From NCBI GenBank assembly GCA_002104905.1, contig MCFE01000729.1, positions 1-41,738 of the forward strand: 41,738 nt of DNA, written 5' to 3'. The translations under genes and the position numbers were made by a program. Within the stretch, counting starts at the first letter, position 1. Each line of letters opens with the position of its first letter. The notes beneath the pieces were generated by a model. It saw nothing but the letters and a program-made list of their open reading frames with translations. It did not search any database and was not told the origin of the DNA. The DNA is from Basidiobolus meristosporus CBS 931.73. Taxonomy: Eukaryota > Fungi > Basidiobolomycota. Shown in pieces: positions 23,958-36,611 of the stretch.

Positions 23958-25903
23958 ATGCCCAGCCCAGAGTATAACTATGCAAGTCTCATGGCTGCCT
24001 TTGCCCAGCTGCAACAAGTCAATGCACACCTCAGAAACTCTGTTGCTCAGCTCCAGAGCCAAAATGCTCAACAGCCTATCCAGGCTCCCTCCTACCATGA
24101 TCCCAAGATCACCTCCACTACCAAGTTCAGTGGCTCCGAGAATGAATTCTGAGGTGTCTTCAACATAGTGAAACACCACTTGTCACTACAACCCAGTTGG
24201 TTTCCAACAGATCAAGCAAAAGCTGGTTATATCTCTAGCCTGCTGACTAGAACCACCCAGAAATGGTTGTCCCCTTTGGTGGAAATCAACTCCCCTCTAC
24301 TCAGCAACTACCATGCCTTCCTCACAGAAATGGAGCTAATATTTGGCAACATTGATCAAGCCAGAACTGCTGCCAACAAGATCAAGAACTTGAAGCAAGG
24401 AAACAGACCTGCATCCATGTATGCTTATGAATTCCAGCTACTAACCAGTGGTTTGAGCCTTTGGGGTGATGCTGCCCAAATAAGTCAATTTCAAGACAAG
24501 CACAATGCGGAAGTCAATGACTTACCTCTCACTCTCCCTGAACCAACCACCTTGTGTGAAGCTATTCATCAAGTAATCCAATATGACAATTGTCTTTTCC
24601 AGAAGAAACAGAAATTCCAACATACTTATCAGTTAACCACCTTCCTAGAAATCCAGTCACCCAATACTGAGCCTGATGATCCTATGCAAATTGACAGTGC
24701 TGAATATAAGAAACTCACAAAAGAAGAAAGATCTAGACATCAACAGGCAAACCTCGGCATTTACTGTGGCCAGCCAGGCCACTTTGCCAGTCTTGTCCTA
24801 ACTAGAAGTCTAGCTTCAAGCTCCTGCTGGCATCCTGTGAACAATCTTCTTCTGAATTATTGGGAAACTCCAATATCCAGTTACACTGACAGGCTTGCAA
24901 CTGGACCCTCCAATGAAAATCCAGCACATTCAAGAAACATTATACTCTACCAAGTCCATCCAGTCCTTAAGAATGCCTGTCAATATCCACCTCCCTGCAT
25001 CCGGCCCTGTCTGTGTCCTTGCCCTCATTGATTCTGTGGCTTCCTCCTGTTTCATTGACCAGTCTTTTGTCCAGAAGCACAAAATCCCCATTGTCCTGAA
25101 ATCCTGTCCTGTCCAAGTAGAAGTTATTGATGGAAGGTCCCTCTCTTCTGGTGCTGTTACCCATGAGACATGTCTACTTCAGCTGTCCAGTACTGGTACC
25201 CACAAGACACTAGCCTTAAACATCATCACCTCTTCCCACTACTCCATAGTCCTTGGAAGCTCATGGCTTAGTCACCATAGCCCAGCTATCAACTGGAAGA
25301 CCAAAATCCTGACATTCCCCAGAATCCACCATGTCAACTCCATGAAACCACCTGATTTTTCAGGTAAAGGAGTATCCTTTCCTAAGCTATCCCGGACCCA
25401 GGAGCCCATCATCACTGAAGGAACCCCCTCCCTCAATGGAATACCTGCCAATTTTCAAGAGTTTGCCCATGTCTTTGACAAGAAGAAAGCCAAACTACTC
25501 CAGCCCATAGACCTGTGATTGTCCCATTGACCTTGAAGAAGGAAAAACCCCTCCTTTTGGCCCTATTTACAACCTCTTGCAACCCAAGTTGAAAGAACTC
25601 CATGGCTACATTGAAGAAAACCTCCAGATAGGTCTCATTTGGCACTCTAAGCCCCCAGCTGATGCCCCAATCCTCTTTGTCTAAAAAAAGAATGGTACCC
25701 TAAGAATGTGCGTAGACTACCATGCACTGAATAAGATCACAATCAAGAACCAGTACCCTTTGGCCCTGACCAACACCCTGTTGGATCAACTCTCTGCTGC
25801 CAAAGTATTTACTAAGATTGGCCTCAGAGGAGCATATAACCACATCAGGATCAAGCCTGGTGATGAATTGAAAACTGCGTTCAGAACAAGAAATGGTCAT
25901 TTT
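23958..25903 (+). pseudogene. gag: Chromovirus-type (Sushi/PEG10-like) gypsy G4: gag, protease and start of RT
   Basis: Retrotrans_gag-like YISSLLT..QKW..LKQGNRPASMYAYEF, protease [33 protein letters not shown] and [11 protein letters not shown]. Confidence 0.9.
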
Positions 25904-28802
25904 TGTTGTAAAAATTTGTAATTCCACCTAAAAACTCACCTAACTTAGTCACTTAGATCATTACCCTCAAATCCTGGAGAATACTGACCAAATTCCTTGT
26001 CAGGATTTACTTATAATATTTTCACCAAAATACCAGGTACCCAGAACATGAAAATTTTCAAAGTTGTCCAAACAGCCCCAAACTTTGTACACATGTTCTT
26101 GGGACCTTCCTTAATCTATTCTACATGTTTGTTATGCCAATACTAGGTAAAAGTATAAGTACTACCTTTACATTCAATAAATCATTCAGTGAAAACCACA
26201 TAATCACTTGTTCTCCCAATTACTTCCAATATCTCCAAGACTCTTACAACAGGTTATGAGCCCAAAGCTGGCACTCTCTGCAATGTCTACTGCTGTTATT
26301 ACCGGAATTTTTCCCTCTGCTGAAAAGCTGGATGGATCTAACTACCAAGTGTGGAAGGTGAAGATGAAGATGCTGCTACAAGAAAGAGGTCTCTAGGATA
26401 TTGTGATGGGAGAAGGATGCCCTTCTAAAAACATGGGAGAGGAAGCCTTAAAGTACCACAATAAAGAACAAAGTGCCTTTAAGTGCATTTGCCTTAATGT
26501 TAAAGACAAGTTGCTAATTCAATGCTCAAGAGCAAAAATAGCAAAGAATGCCTGGAAGGCATTAGAAGACACCTACCAGTCATGTTCAGCTGCCAAGAAA
26601 ATATATCTGATACAAAAATTCTTTACTATAAAGATACTGCTAGGCAAAGAAATGAAAAATATAATTAACAGAATTATCCTGCTACTAGATGAGACAGAAT
26701 CTGTGGGTGTACAGCTACTGATGAGGATGTGATAGTTGCCATCCTGAATAGCCTGACATACAGGTTTCAAGGCCCTGTATCAGCCCTAGAGTCCAGACTG
26801 AAGATTTGACCTTAAACTAGGTATATGGAAGGCACCTGGATGAAGAATTAAGAAAATCAAGTACCAATAAGAAGGAAGAAGAAAATGCTTTAATAAGCAA
26901 TGATAACCAACAAAGGAGGTACCCAAGACCCTACAAAGTCAACAGCAACCTGTTTTGTAACTATGGCAAAAGGAAAGGACACACATCAGACCTGTGCTTC
27001 AAAAGAAAGATGATCAGCAAAAGAAGCCTGAATATGGAAATGCTGCAACAACTGAAGATGGACTACTCATATCTGCACTAAATATGACCACAAACAAGGA
27101 TTCTCAGATATGGAATATTGACTCTGGAGCATCTCAACACTTTACAAACCAAAAAGAACTTTTTAACCAACATCAAGAAATTCCAATCAAGAACGTTTTC
27201 ATGTGTGATAATAGAACACTTGATGCAGTAGGAGAAGGAACTATGCAAGTAAACCTAAGAAGCTGTGAAGGAAGCCACACCTTGACTTTCAAAAAAGTAC
27301 TCTATGCACCAGAAATAGCCAAGAACCTACTATCTGTAAGCAAGGCACTGCTGAAGGACTCAGTTTTAGCTTTGACAACTCTGAATGTAAGATCACTGAT
27401 CAAAATGGTGCCCATATTGCTTTGGGTATCAGAGATCAGAATCTACACAAGTTGACTTATATATTACATCATATTTGGAAGCCAATATAAGTAACTTGAA
27501 TGAAAAAACACCAATTCTTTGACAGAGGAGATTTGGGCATATCAATTTTGAGTATTTGTGCAAAATGATGAAAGATCAGCTAATTTCTGGAGTAAAAATT
27601 GATCCCCCTGCTAATTTGGAGGACTGTGAAGCCTGCATATATAGGAAACAAGCCAGACAGCCATTCAAGAGCTCTGGTTGGATCAAAACTAAGAAAAAAT
27701 TAGATTTAATTCAATCAGATTTGCGTGGACCTATGCAAAATTTATCCATATGCGGGATGACGTATTTAATCACCTTTATTGATGATTATACAAAAACACA
27801 TGGGTCTACTTCATGGAGTGAAAGGAAGAAGCTCTGTCTAAGCTCTGGGTATTTAAAGCCATGGTGGAGAGAGAAACTGGCAAAAAAATCAAGAAAATAT
27901 GCTCTGACAATGGTGGATAATATACCTCAAAACTCTTCATCCACTTCTGGAAAATTCATGGGATGAAGCAAGAGACCATTGTATCATACTCCCCACAGCA
28001 AAATGGAGTAGCCAAATGTGCTAACAGATCAATAATTGATATGGCAAGATTTATGAACCATGATCAAAAATTATGCTTTGATTTTTGGGTGGAGTCTGTT
28101 GCCACTGCTGTATATCTTAAAAATAGGAGTTATAACAGAATACTTGGTGAGTCTGCTTTATTTAAAGCATGGTATGGATACAGACCAAATGCAGAATATC
28201 TAAGAATATTTGTGTGTACAGCATATGCCAAGAAACTGCCTGGAAATCAGTCAAGACTGGAACCAAAAAGTGTAAAATGCATATTTTTGGGTTATTGCAA
28301 TGAGAGTAAAGCATACAGACTCTACAATACCAAAGCAAAGAAGCTAATCAAGTCCAGGGATGTGCTGTTTGATGAAAATTCAAAACTCCCACACAAAAAT
28401 GACATCAGATGATGACAAATATCTGATCTCAAGTCCACCAATTGCCAGGATTTAATCAGAGTAAAACAATGAAGATTTTTCCACTCCAGAGAACTCTACA
28501 ACCAGGGATCAGCCAGAATTAGTGCCCAGGAATATCCTAGATGTGATCATTCCAGTATCAAATGCCAGGAGATTAAATTGGACAAGAAATAGCTCAAATT
28601 ACTATATCAATGAGGGTACAAACTTAGCCTATGCCTATTCAGTCCATATTGATGAGCCCCAGACTGTAAAAGAGGCCCTAAATAGCCCTCAGACAAAGTT
28701 TTGGAGATCTGCAATGACTGAGGAATATCAGGCCCTGATGGAAAATCAAACTTGGGACTTAGTCAAATTACCAATTAACCAAAATTAATTGGATGCAGAT
28801 GG
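25904..28802 (+). mobile_element. Ty1/copia C2, inserted in G4 RT and 3'-truncated at the start of its RT
   Basis: LTR 25904-26251, PBS 26252-26263. Gag, IDSGASQH, integrase PQQNGVAKCANR and KAYRLYN. Ends at NQKLIGCRW. No 3' LTR. Confidence 0.93.
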
Positions 28803-29766
28803 ATCTGCTTGCTCACCTGACCTTGAGAGGCCTTTCATCATAGCAACTGATGCCTCTGACTTTGCTCTTTGTGCAATCCTTTCCCAGTACAATGACAAGA
28901 ATGTACTACACCCTATAGCATTCTACTCCTGGAAATTTACTCCAGCTGAAGTAAACTACAATATCTATGATAAGGAACTAATTGCAATCATAGTTGCCTT
29001 TGAACAATGAAGACACTACCTTTACAGTGCAGCCCAAAAGATAAAGATCTTCTGTGACCACAAGAACCTTGAGTACTTTACCATTTCAATAGTACTAAAC
29101 TGGAGACAAGCCAGATGTTCCCTCTTCCTGTCCAGCTTTGAATTTGTCATCACCTATAGACCAGGTATATAACAGGGAAAACCTGATGCCCTGTCTAGAA
29201 ACGTGGAGTATTCCCTTGAAGAAGGGGATGATGCAGGTTGGCAAATGAAAAACACGGTACTCAGCAAAAGACACTTTGAGCTCCTTGCCACCCAGTCCTC
29301 CAGTATTATTATTCCCTCACTCCTTGAGTAAGTCAAGGCCAGCCAAGCCACCTGTTCCATAGCCACAACAATCAAGAAATATCTCAAATCCTCCATTGAC
29401 CCACCACCCAAGTTCCCAAACCTCCAGTACCTACATCTAGTCAATGACATCATCTACCACAAGCGCCAACTTTTTGTTCCAGACCTTGATACCCAGTTGA
29501 ATATCATCCATTCTTGCTATGATTCAATGGCTGCAGGACATTTTGGTACTGCCAAAACCATGAATGCAACCAAGAGCCTTCTGGTGGCCCAAGATGATAT
29601 CTCTTGTCAAGGAGTACCTCCAATCCTGTGATGCATGTAACTGTGTAAAATCTGCTAGACACCAGCCATATGGACTTCTCCAACCCTTGCCAATCCCTGA
29701 CCAGCAATGGAAGTCAATTTCAATGGACTTCATCACTGACCTCCCAGAATCCAACCAATTCAATTC

Positions 29767-32700
29767 TGTTGTAAGAGTCTTGGAGATATTGGAAGTGATT
29801 GGGAGAACAAGTAGATTATGTGGTTTTCACTTAATGATTTATTGAATGTAAAAGTAGTATTTATACTTTTACCTGGTCTTGGCATTACAAACACAAAGAA
29901 TAGGTTAAGGAAGGTCCCAAGAGCATGTGTGCAAAGTTTGGGGCTGTTTGGACAACTTTGAGAATTTTCATGTTCTGGGTACCTGGCATTTTGGTGAAAA
30001 TATTCTAAGTAAATCCCAACAAGGAATTTGGTCAGTATTCTCTAGGATCTGAGGGTAATGATCTAAGTGACTAAGTTAGGTGAATATTTAGGTAGAAATA
30101 CAAATTTTTAAAACACTCCCACTCAGCTAAATGTTCATACTGACTAGTCCTAATTTTGACCTAAGATATTCAAGCTTGTCTCTAGCTAATGGTTTGGTAA
30201 ATATGTCTGCAATCATTTCATCTGTAGGACAGTAAACTAAGCTAACTAAGTTATTCTCTATAGCTTCACGTATGAAATGATGTCTAATATCTATGTGCTT
30301 GGTTCTAGCATGAAAAGTTGAATTTCTACCTAATTGTATACATCCTTGATTATCTTGAAATAAAGTAATAGGTGTTTTTTGACATAGGCCTAAATCTGTA
30401 AGGAGCTTTCTTAACCACATTGCTTCTTTTGTTGCTTCACAGGCTGCCATATACTCTGCCTCTGTAGTAGAAAGTGCTACGGTTGGTTGCTTTCTTGAAT
30501 TCCATGAAATTGCTCCTTTACAGTAAAGAAAGGTGTATCCTGTGGTGGATCTTCTGTCTTCCAAATTTTGTCCCCAATCAGCATCTGAGTATCTCACAAG
30601 ATACTGTTCTGAATCATTATAAGTGTATTTTAAGCAGATATCAGCAGTTCCTTTTAGGTATCTAAAAATCCGCTTAACTGCTGCAATATGATTAGATCCA
30701 TAATTCTGATTATGTTGGCTGACAACACCCACTGAATATGAGATATCTGGACGTGTTCCAAGCACGATATACATCAGACTGCCAATTATAGATTGATAAG
30801 GAAAGTCAGGGCTTTCAAATGGCACCAAGCTCTCTTGATTTGGTTGAGTTTTGACCAAGTTGAGGTTTGTCTCCATTGGGGTAGCTGCCAGTTTACAGTC
30901 TTCCATTTTGTACTTCTTTAGTATATCTTGAATATACTTGGATTGGCTTAGGGTAATAGTCTGGGTACTTCTGTCTATGGAGAACTTAATCCCTAAGTAG
31001 TAACTAAGTTCTCCTAGATTGGACATCTTGAACTCCTTAGATAGGCTGGATTTAGTCTCTTCCAATGTTTCAAGGTTATTCGCCGCTATAATAAGATCAT
31101 CCACATATAGAGCTAATAGAACTGGATTTGCTCTATCTGGCTTATAGTATATACTATAGTTAGCATTACTCCTTTTGAAACTCAAAGATTCCAAATAAGA
31201 ATCTATCTTGCAATTCCAGGCTCTCGGTGATTATTTGAGTCCATATAGTGACTTTTTAAGCTTGGAGACCAAATGGGGGTTATCTTGGTCAACAAACCCA
31301 TCAGGCTGGTCCATATACACATCCTCATCAAGTTCTCCATTCAAAAATGCAGTTTTTACATCCATTTGATGAATAAAAAACTTATATTTGGCTGCAATAG
31401 CCAATATTACTCTGATGGAATTAAACTTGGCTACCGGTGCAAAGGTCTCAGTATAGTCAAGTCCTTTTGTTTGAAAGTATCCTTTGGCTACAAGTCTTGC
31501 TTTGTATCTTTCAATTGTGCCATCAGCCTTGTATTTTGTCTTGAAGACCCATCTGCATCCAATTGATTTTTGGTTGACTGATAATTTGACTAAGTCCGAA
31601 GTTTGATTTTCCATCAGGGCCTGATATTCATCAGTCATTGCAGATCTCCAAAACTTTGTCTGAGGGCTATTTAGGGCCTCTTTTACAGTCTGGGGCTCAT
31701 CAATATGGACTGAATAGGCATAGGCTAAGTTTGTACCCTCATTGATATAGTAATTTGGGCTATTTCTTGTCCAATTGGATCTCCGGGCATTTGATACTGG
31801 AATGATCACTTCTGGGATATTCCTGGGCACTAATTCTGGCTGAACCATGATTGTAGAGTCCTCTGGAGTGAAAAAATCTTCATTGTTTTGCTCTGATTCA
31901 ATCCTGACAATTGGTGGACTTGAGATCAAATTTTTGTCATCATCTGATGTATTTTTTGTGAAAAATTTGAATTTTCATCAAACAACACATCAATGGACTT
32001 AATAAGCTTCTTTGCATTGGTATTGTAGAGTCTGTATGCCTTACTCTCATTGCAGTAGCCCAAAAATATGCATTTCACACTTTTTGGCTCATATTTTGAC
32101 TGATTTCTGGCCATTTTTTTGGCATATGCTGTACACCCAAATATTCTTAGATGTTCTGCACTTGGTCTGTATCCATACCATGCTTCAAATGGAGTAGAAT
32201 CACAAAGTATTATGTTATAACTCCTATTTTTAAGGTATACAGCAGTGGCAACTGATTCCGCCCAAAAATCATAGGATAATTTTTGATCATGGATCATAGA
32301 TCTTGCCATATCAGTTATTGATCTGTTTGCTTGTTCTGCAACTCCATTTTGCTGTGGGGAGTATGGTACAGTAGTCTCTTGCTTTATCCCATGAATTTTG
32401 CATAAGTGGATGAAGAGTTTTGAGGTATATTCTCTACCATTGTCAGAGCGTATTTTCTTGATTTTATCACCAGTTTCTCTCTCCACCATGGCTTTAAACT
32501 CCCTGACCTTAGACAGAGCTTCTTCCTTTCTCTCCATGAAGTAGACCCATGTGTATCTTGTATAATCATCAATATAAGTGATTAAATACTTCACCCCACC
32601 TAAGGATAAATTTTGCATAGGTCCACACAGATCTGAGTGAATTAGATCTAATTTTTTCTTAGTTTTGATTAACCCAGAGCTCTTGAACAGTTGTCTAGCT

Positions 32701-34449
32701 TGTTTCCCATATATGCAGGCCTCACAGTGCTCCAAATTAGCTGGGGGATCAATTTTCACTCCAGAAATTAGCTGATCTTTGATCATTTTGCGCAAATAAT
32801 CAGAATTGATGTGCCCAAATCTCCTGTGCCAAAGAATTGGTGCTTCTTCATTTAAGTTACTTATATTGGCTTCCAGATATGATGGAATATAAGTCAACTT
32901 GTATAGATTCTGATCTCTGATGCCCAAAGCAATATGAGCACCATTTTGATCAGTGATCCTGCATCCAGAATTGTCAAAACTGACACTGAGTCCTTCTGCT
33001 GTGGCCTTGCTTACAGAGAGTAGGTTCTTGGCTATTTCTGGTACATAGAGTACTTCTTTAAAGGTCAGTGTATGGCTTCCTTCACAGCTTCTAAGGTTTA
33101 CTTGCATAGTTCCTTCTCCTACTGCATCAATTGTTCTATTATCACACATGAAAACCTTCTTGATTGGAATTTCTTGATATTGGGTAAAATGTTCTTTTTG
33201 GTGTGTAAAGTGTTGAGAAGCTCCAGAGTCAATATACCACATCTGAGAGTCCTTGTTTGTGGTCATATTTAGTGCAGACATGAATAGTCTATCTTCAGTT
33301 GTTGCGGCATTTCCATATTCAGGCTTCTTTTGCTGGTAATCTCTCTTTTTGATACACCGGTCTGATGTGTGTCCTTTCCTTTTGCAGTAGTGGCAAAATA
33401 GGTTGCTGTTGTCTTTGTAGGGTCTTGGGTACCTCCTTTGTTGGTTATCATTGCTTACTAAAGCATTTTCTTCTTCCTTCTTATTGGTGCTTGATTTTCT
33501 TAATTCTTCATCCAGGAGCCTTCCATATACGTAATTTAAGGTCAAATCTTCAGTTCTGGACTCTAGAGTTGATACAAGGCCCTGAAACTCATCTGTCAGG
33601 CTATTCAGGATGGTAACTATCACATCCTCATCAGTAGTGGGTATGCCCACAAATTCCATCTCAGCTACCAGCAGGGTAATTCTGTTAATTAGATTTTTCA
33701 TTTCTTCTCCTGGCAGCATCTTTGTAGTAAAGAATTTTCTTCTCAGATACATTTTTTGGCAGCTGAACATGACTGGTAGGTGTCTTCTAATGCCTTCCAG
33801 GCATTCTTTGCCGTTTTTGCTCTTGATCATTGAATTAGCAATTTGTCCTTGACATTGAGGCAAATGCAGTTAAAGGCGCTTTGTTCTTTCTTCTGGTACT
33901 TTAAAGCTTCCTCTCCCACGTTTTTAGGAGGGCATTCTTCTCCCATGACAACATCCCAAAGGCCTCTTTCTTGTAGCAGCATCTTCATCTTCACCTTCCA
34001 CACTTGGTAGTTAGAGCCATCCAACTTTTCAGCAGAGGGAAAAATTCCAGTAATAGCAGTAGTAGACATTGCAGAGAGTGACAGGTTGGGGCTCATAACC
34101 TGTTGTTAGAGTCTTGGAGATATTGGAAGTGATTGGGAGAACAAGTAGATTATGTGGTTTTCACTTAATGATTTATTGAATGTAAAAGTAGTATTTATAC
34201 TTTTACCTGGTCTTGGCATTACAAACACATCAAATAGGCTAAGGAAGGTCTCAAGAACATGTGTGCAATGTTTGGGGCTGTTTGGACAACTTTGAGAATT
34301 TTCATGTTCTGGGTACCTGGCATTTTGGTGAAAATATTCTAAGTAAATCCCAACAAGGAATTTGGTCAGTATTCTCTAGGATTTGAGGGTAATGATCTAA
34401 GTGACTAAGTTAGGTGAATATTTAGGTGGAAATACAAATTTTTACAACA
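29767..34449 (-). mobile_element. Near-intact Ty1/copia C3 (4683 bp)
   Basis: LTRs 29767-30115 and 34101-34449 (349 bp, about 11 differences). Target duplication AATTC (29762-29766, 34450-34454), PBS 34089-34100, PPT CTGAGTGGGAG 30116-30126. Confidence 0.97.
30127..34096 (-). pseudogene. pol: C3 gag-pol broken into four ORFs (33827-34096, 31926-33863, 31231-31929, 30127-31194)
   Basis: CHYCKRKGHTSDRC, IDSGASQH, HSDLCGP, SDNGREY, PQQNGVAE, YKARLVAKG, QMDVKTAFLNG, YVDDL, YSDADW, TEAEY, TKHIDIRHH, ADIFTK in copia order. Confidence 0.97.
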
Positions 34450-35473
34450 AATTCAATCCTGGTAGTGGCAAATTGGCTCACCAAGATGTCTCACTTTTCT
34501 CTCTGCTCAAAGAACATAGATGCTAAGGAGACTACCCACTTAGTGGTCAAGAGCATTTTCTGGCTCCACAGTATCCCCAGTGACATTTTATCAGATAGAG
34601 GACCCCAGTTCATATCAAAATTCCAGAAACACTTTATGCAATATCTTGGTGTGCAAGTAAAGCTCTCAACTGCTTTTCATCCATAGTCAGATGGCCAGAC
34701 AGAGAGAATCAACAAGATCCTTGAACAATACCTCCAGTGCAATATTAGCTATCAGCAAGACAACTGGACCCAACTGCTACCACTTGCAGAATATGCCTAC
34801 AACAACCCATGTCATAATGCAACAGGTCTCACTCCATTCTATGCAAATCATGGTTTTCATCTGCAATTTGATATTCAGATCCCAACCAACCCTATGAGCC
34901 CCCCAGCAGCCAAACATGCATCAACAACTCTAGAAATTCAAGAAACACTCAAGAAAGAACTATCCTTAGCTCATAAGGGGTACAAGAAGCTTTCAGGCAA
35001 CAAACAGCAGCCTAGCCCCAAGCTTAATTAAGGAGATTCAGTATGGCTCTTGAGAAGAAGCATTACCACCAGCCACCCTTGAAACTAGGTCCATTCAAGA
35101 TCAAGAAGAAACTTAATCCAATTGTGTACCAACTACAGTTGCCACCAAGTATGGAAATTCATGGCACATTCCTTGTATCCCTCCTAGAACTATTCCATGA
35201 AGGTACTCTACCCAATTAGCACCCAGCAAATCCCCCAGCCATTGAGTGGACAAACACCAAGAGTTTGAAGTTCAGCAAGTGTTGGATTCAAAGTACATCA
35301 GATCCCAACTTCACCATCTGGTAGATTGGGTGGGTTACAGCCCAAATGATCAAGCTTGGGAGCCAGCAGCAAACCTAACAAACTGCCAAGATCTAGTTGC
35401 GCTATTCTACCAGATATACCCCTACAAGCCAAAGCCAAAAGCTTGAGGAGAGCTCCTCAAAGGAGGAGAATAG

Positions 35474-36608
35474 TGGCATGATCACATGACATCCTGGTCT
35501 CCAATTATCTGGCCAAATCAAGTCCAATGCCATATATGGTTACTACATGTCACATGCCCTAGTCACAAGATCAGCCAACCCCTGACATTTCTCCATGTGA
35601 TAGTCCAGTCTGTTCTTTAGTATATTAGGCTTGTTCCATTGGATAGTGCCACATTGAGCCATGAGTGCCTAATGATGCCATAGTGTGCCAGAGAGATCAA
35701 GTGAGCCTACACTTTGCCACAGCATGTGAAACATAGCTGTGCATCTTCATGTAAAGCAGTCCCTGTGTTTCACCCATTGCACAGGAGAAAATCCTTTTTT
35801 TGACCTTTTTTTGTGGATCAATGTAGCTCAGGATATGTAAGAGCACAGGAGAACTGAAGATATGCATCTGGTACTCAATACCCATGGCACTCTGAATCTA
35901 GCTCCTGTAGCTTGTATCATGTCACAAAAATGAATGGCACTATCTTGGTCCACTGGTACTATCTGGCACTATATTTAAATATTAGCCCTAAAGTAAGATC
36001 TATACAAAGCACTTATAGTGCCAGATAGTACCAGTGGACCAAGATAGTGCCATTCATTTTTGTGACATGATACAAGCTACAGGAGCTAGATTCAGAGTGC
36101 CATGGGTATTGAGTACCAGATGCATATCTTCAATCTGCTTGTGCTCTAACATATCCTGCACAACATTGATCCAAAAAAAAAGGTCAAAAAATGGATTTTC
36201 TCCAACACAATGGGTGAAACACAGGGGCTGCTTTGCATGAAGATGCAGAGCTATGTTTCACACCCTGTGGCCAGGTAGAGGCTCAATTGGCCTCTCTGGC
36301 ACACTATGGCATCATTTGGCACTCATGGCTCAATGTGGCACTATCCAACAGAACAAGTCTATTCTATATTGGCACACTTGCCATGCATTACCCCAGAATT
36401 CCATCAGTATTAGCCAATATCTCTTGGCATCCATATTGCCAAAAAGTATATATAGTCCTATCCTCCCTTATGTATTTCTCAGTCTGATGAACACAGGTCT
36501 TGAATAAACAGCCTTGCCTTGGAAACACATCTTACCTTGTTGATCCACACCTAAGTTCTTTCATGGTCCTGCCTTGCCTAGATCTACTCTCCTGCCTTGT
36601 GTATATTC
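35474..36608 (+). repeat. Probable 3' LTR of the chromoviral element, interrupted by the fold-back
   Basis: Follows PPT AAAGGAGGAGAA (about 35459-35470). TATATATA near 36447 and AATAAA near 36504. Right end is uncertain and no matching 5' LTR was found. Confidence 0.55.
35621..36366. repeat. Long inverted repeat / fold-back (arms about 350 bp, 40 bp spacer)
   Basis: 35855-35973 is the exact reverse complement of 36014-36132 (119 bp, checked base by base). Outer arms are about 85% matched. Confidence 0.95.
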
Positions 36609-36611
36609 ATA

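Larger units (their letters stand above)
28803..35446 (+). pseudogene. pol: Chromoviral pol: RNase H, integrase (split by C3) and C-terminal chromodomain (about 35255-35446)
   Basis: [64 protein letters not shown]; chromodomain EFEVQQVLDSK..LVDWVGYSPNDQAWEPAANL. Confidence 0.93.

Noticed and set aside
35967-36020. 54 bp mini CACTA element (CACTATA..TATAGTG) at the hairpin centre
   Set aside because: The inverted match continues outward for hundreds of bases and there is no 2-3 bp target duplication, so these are just the inner ends of the arms.
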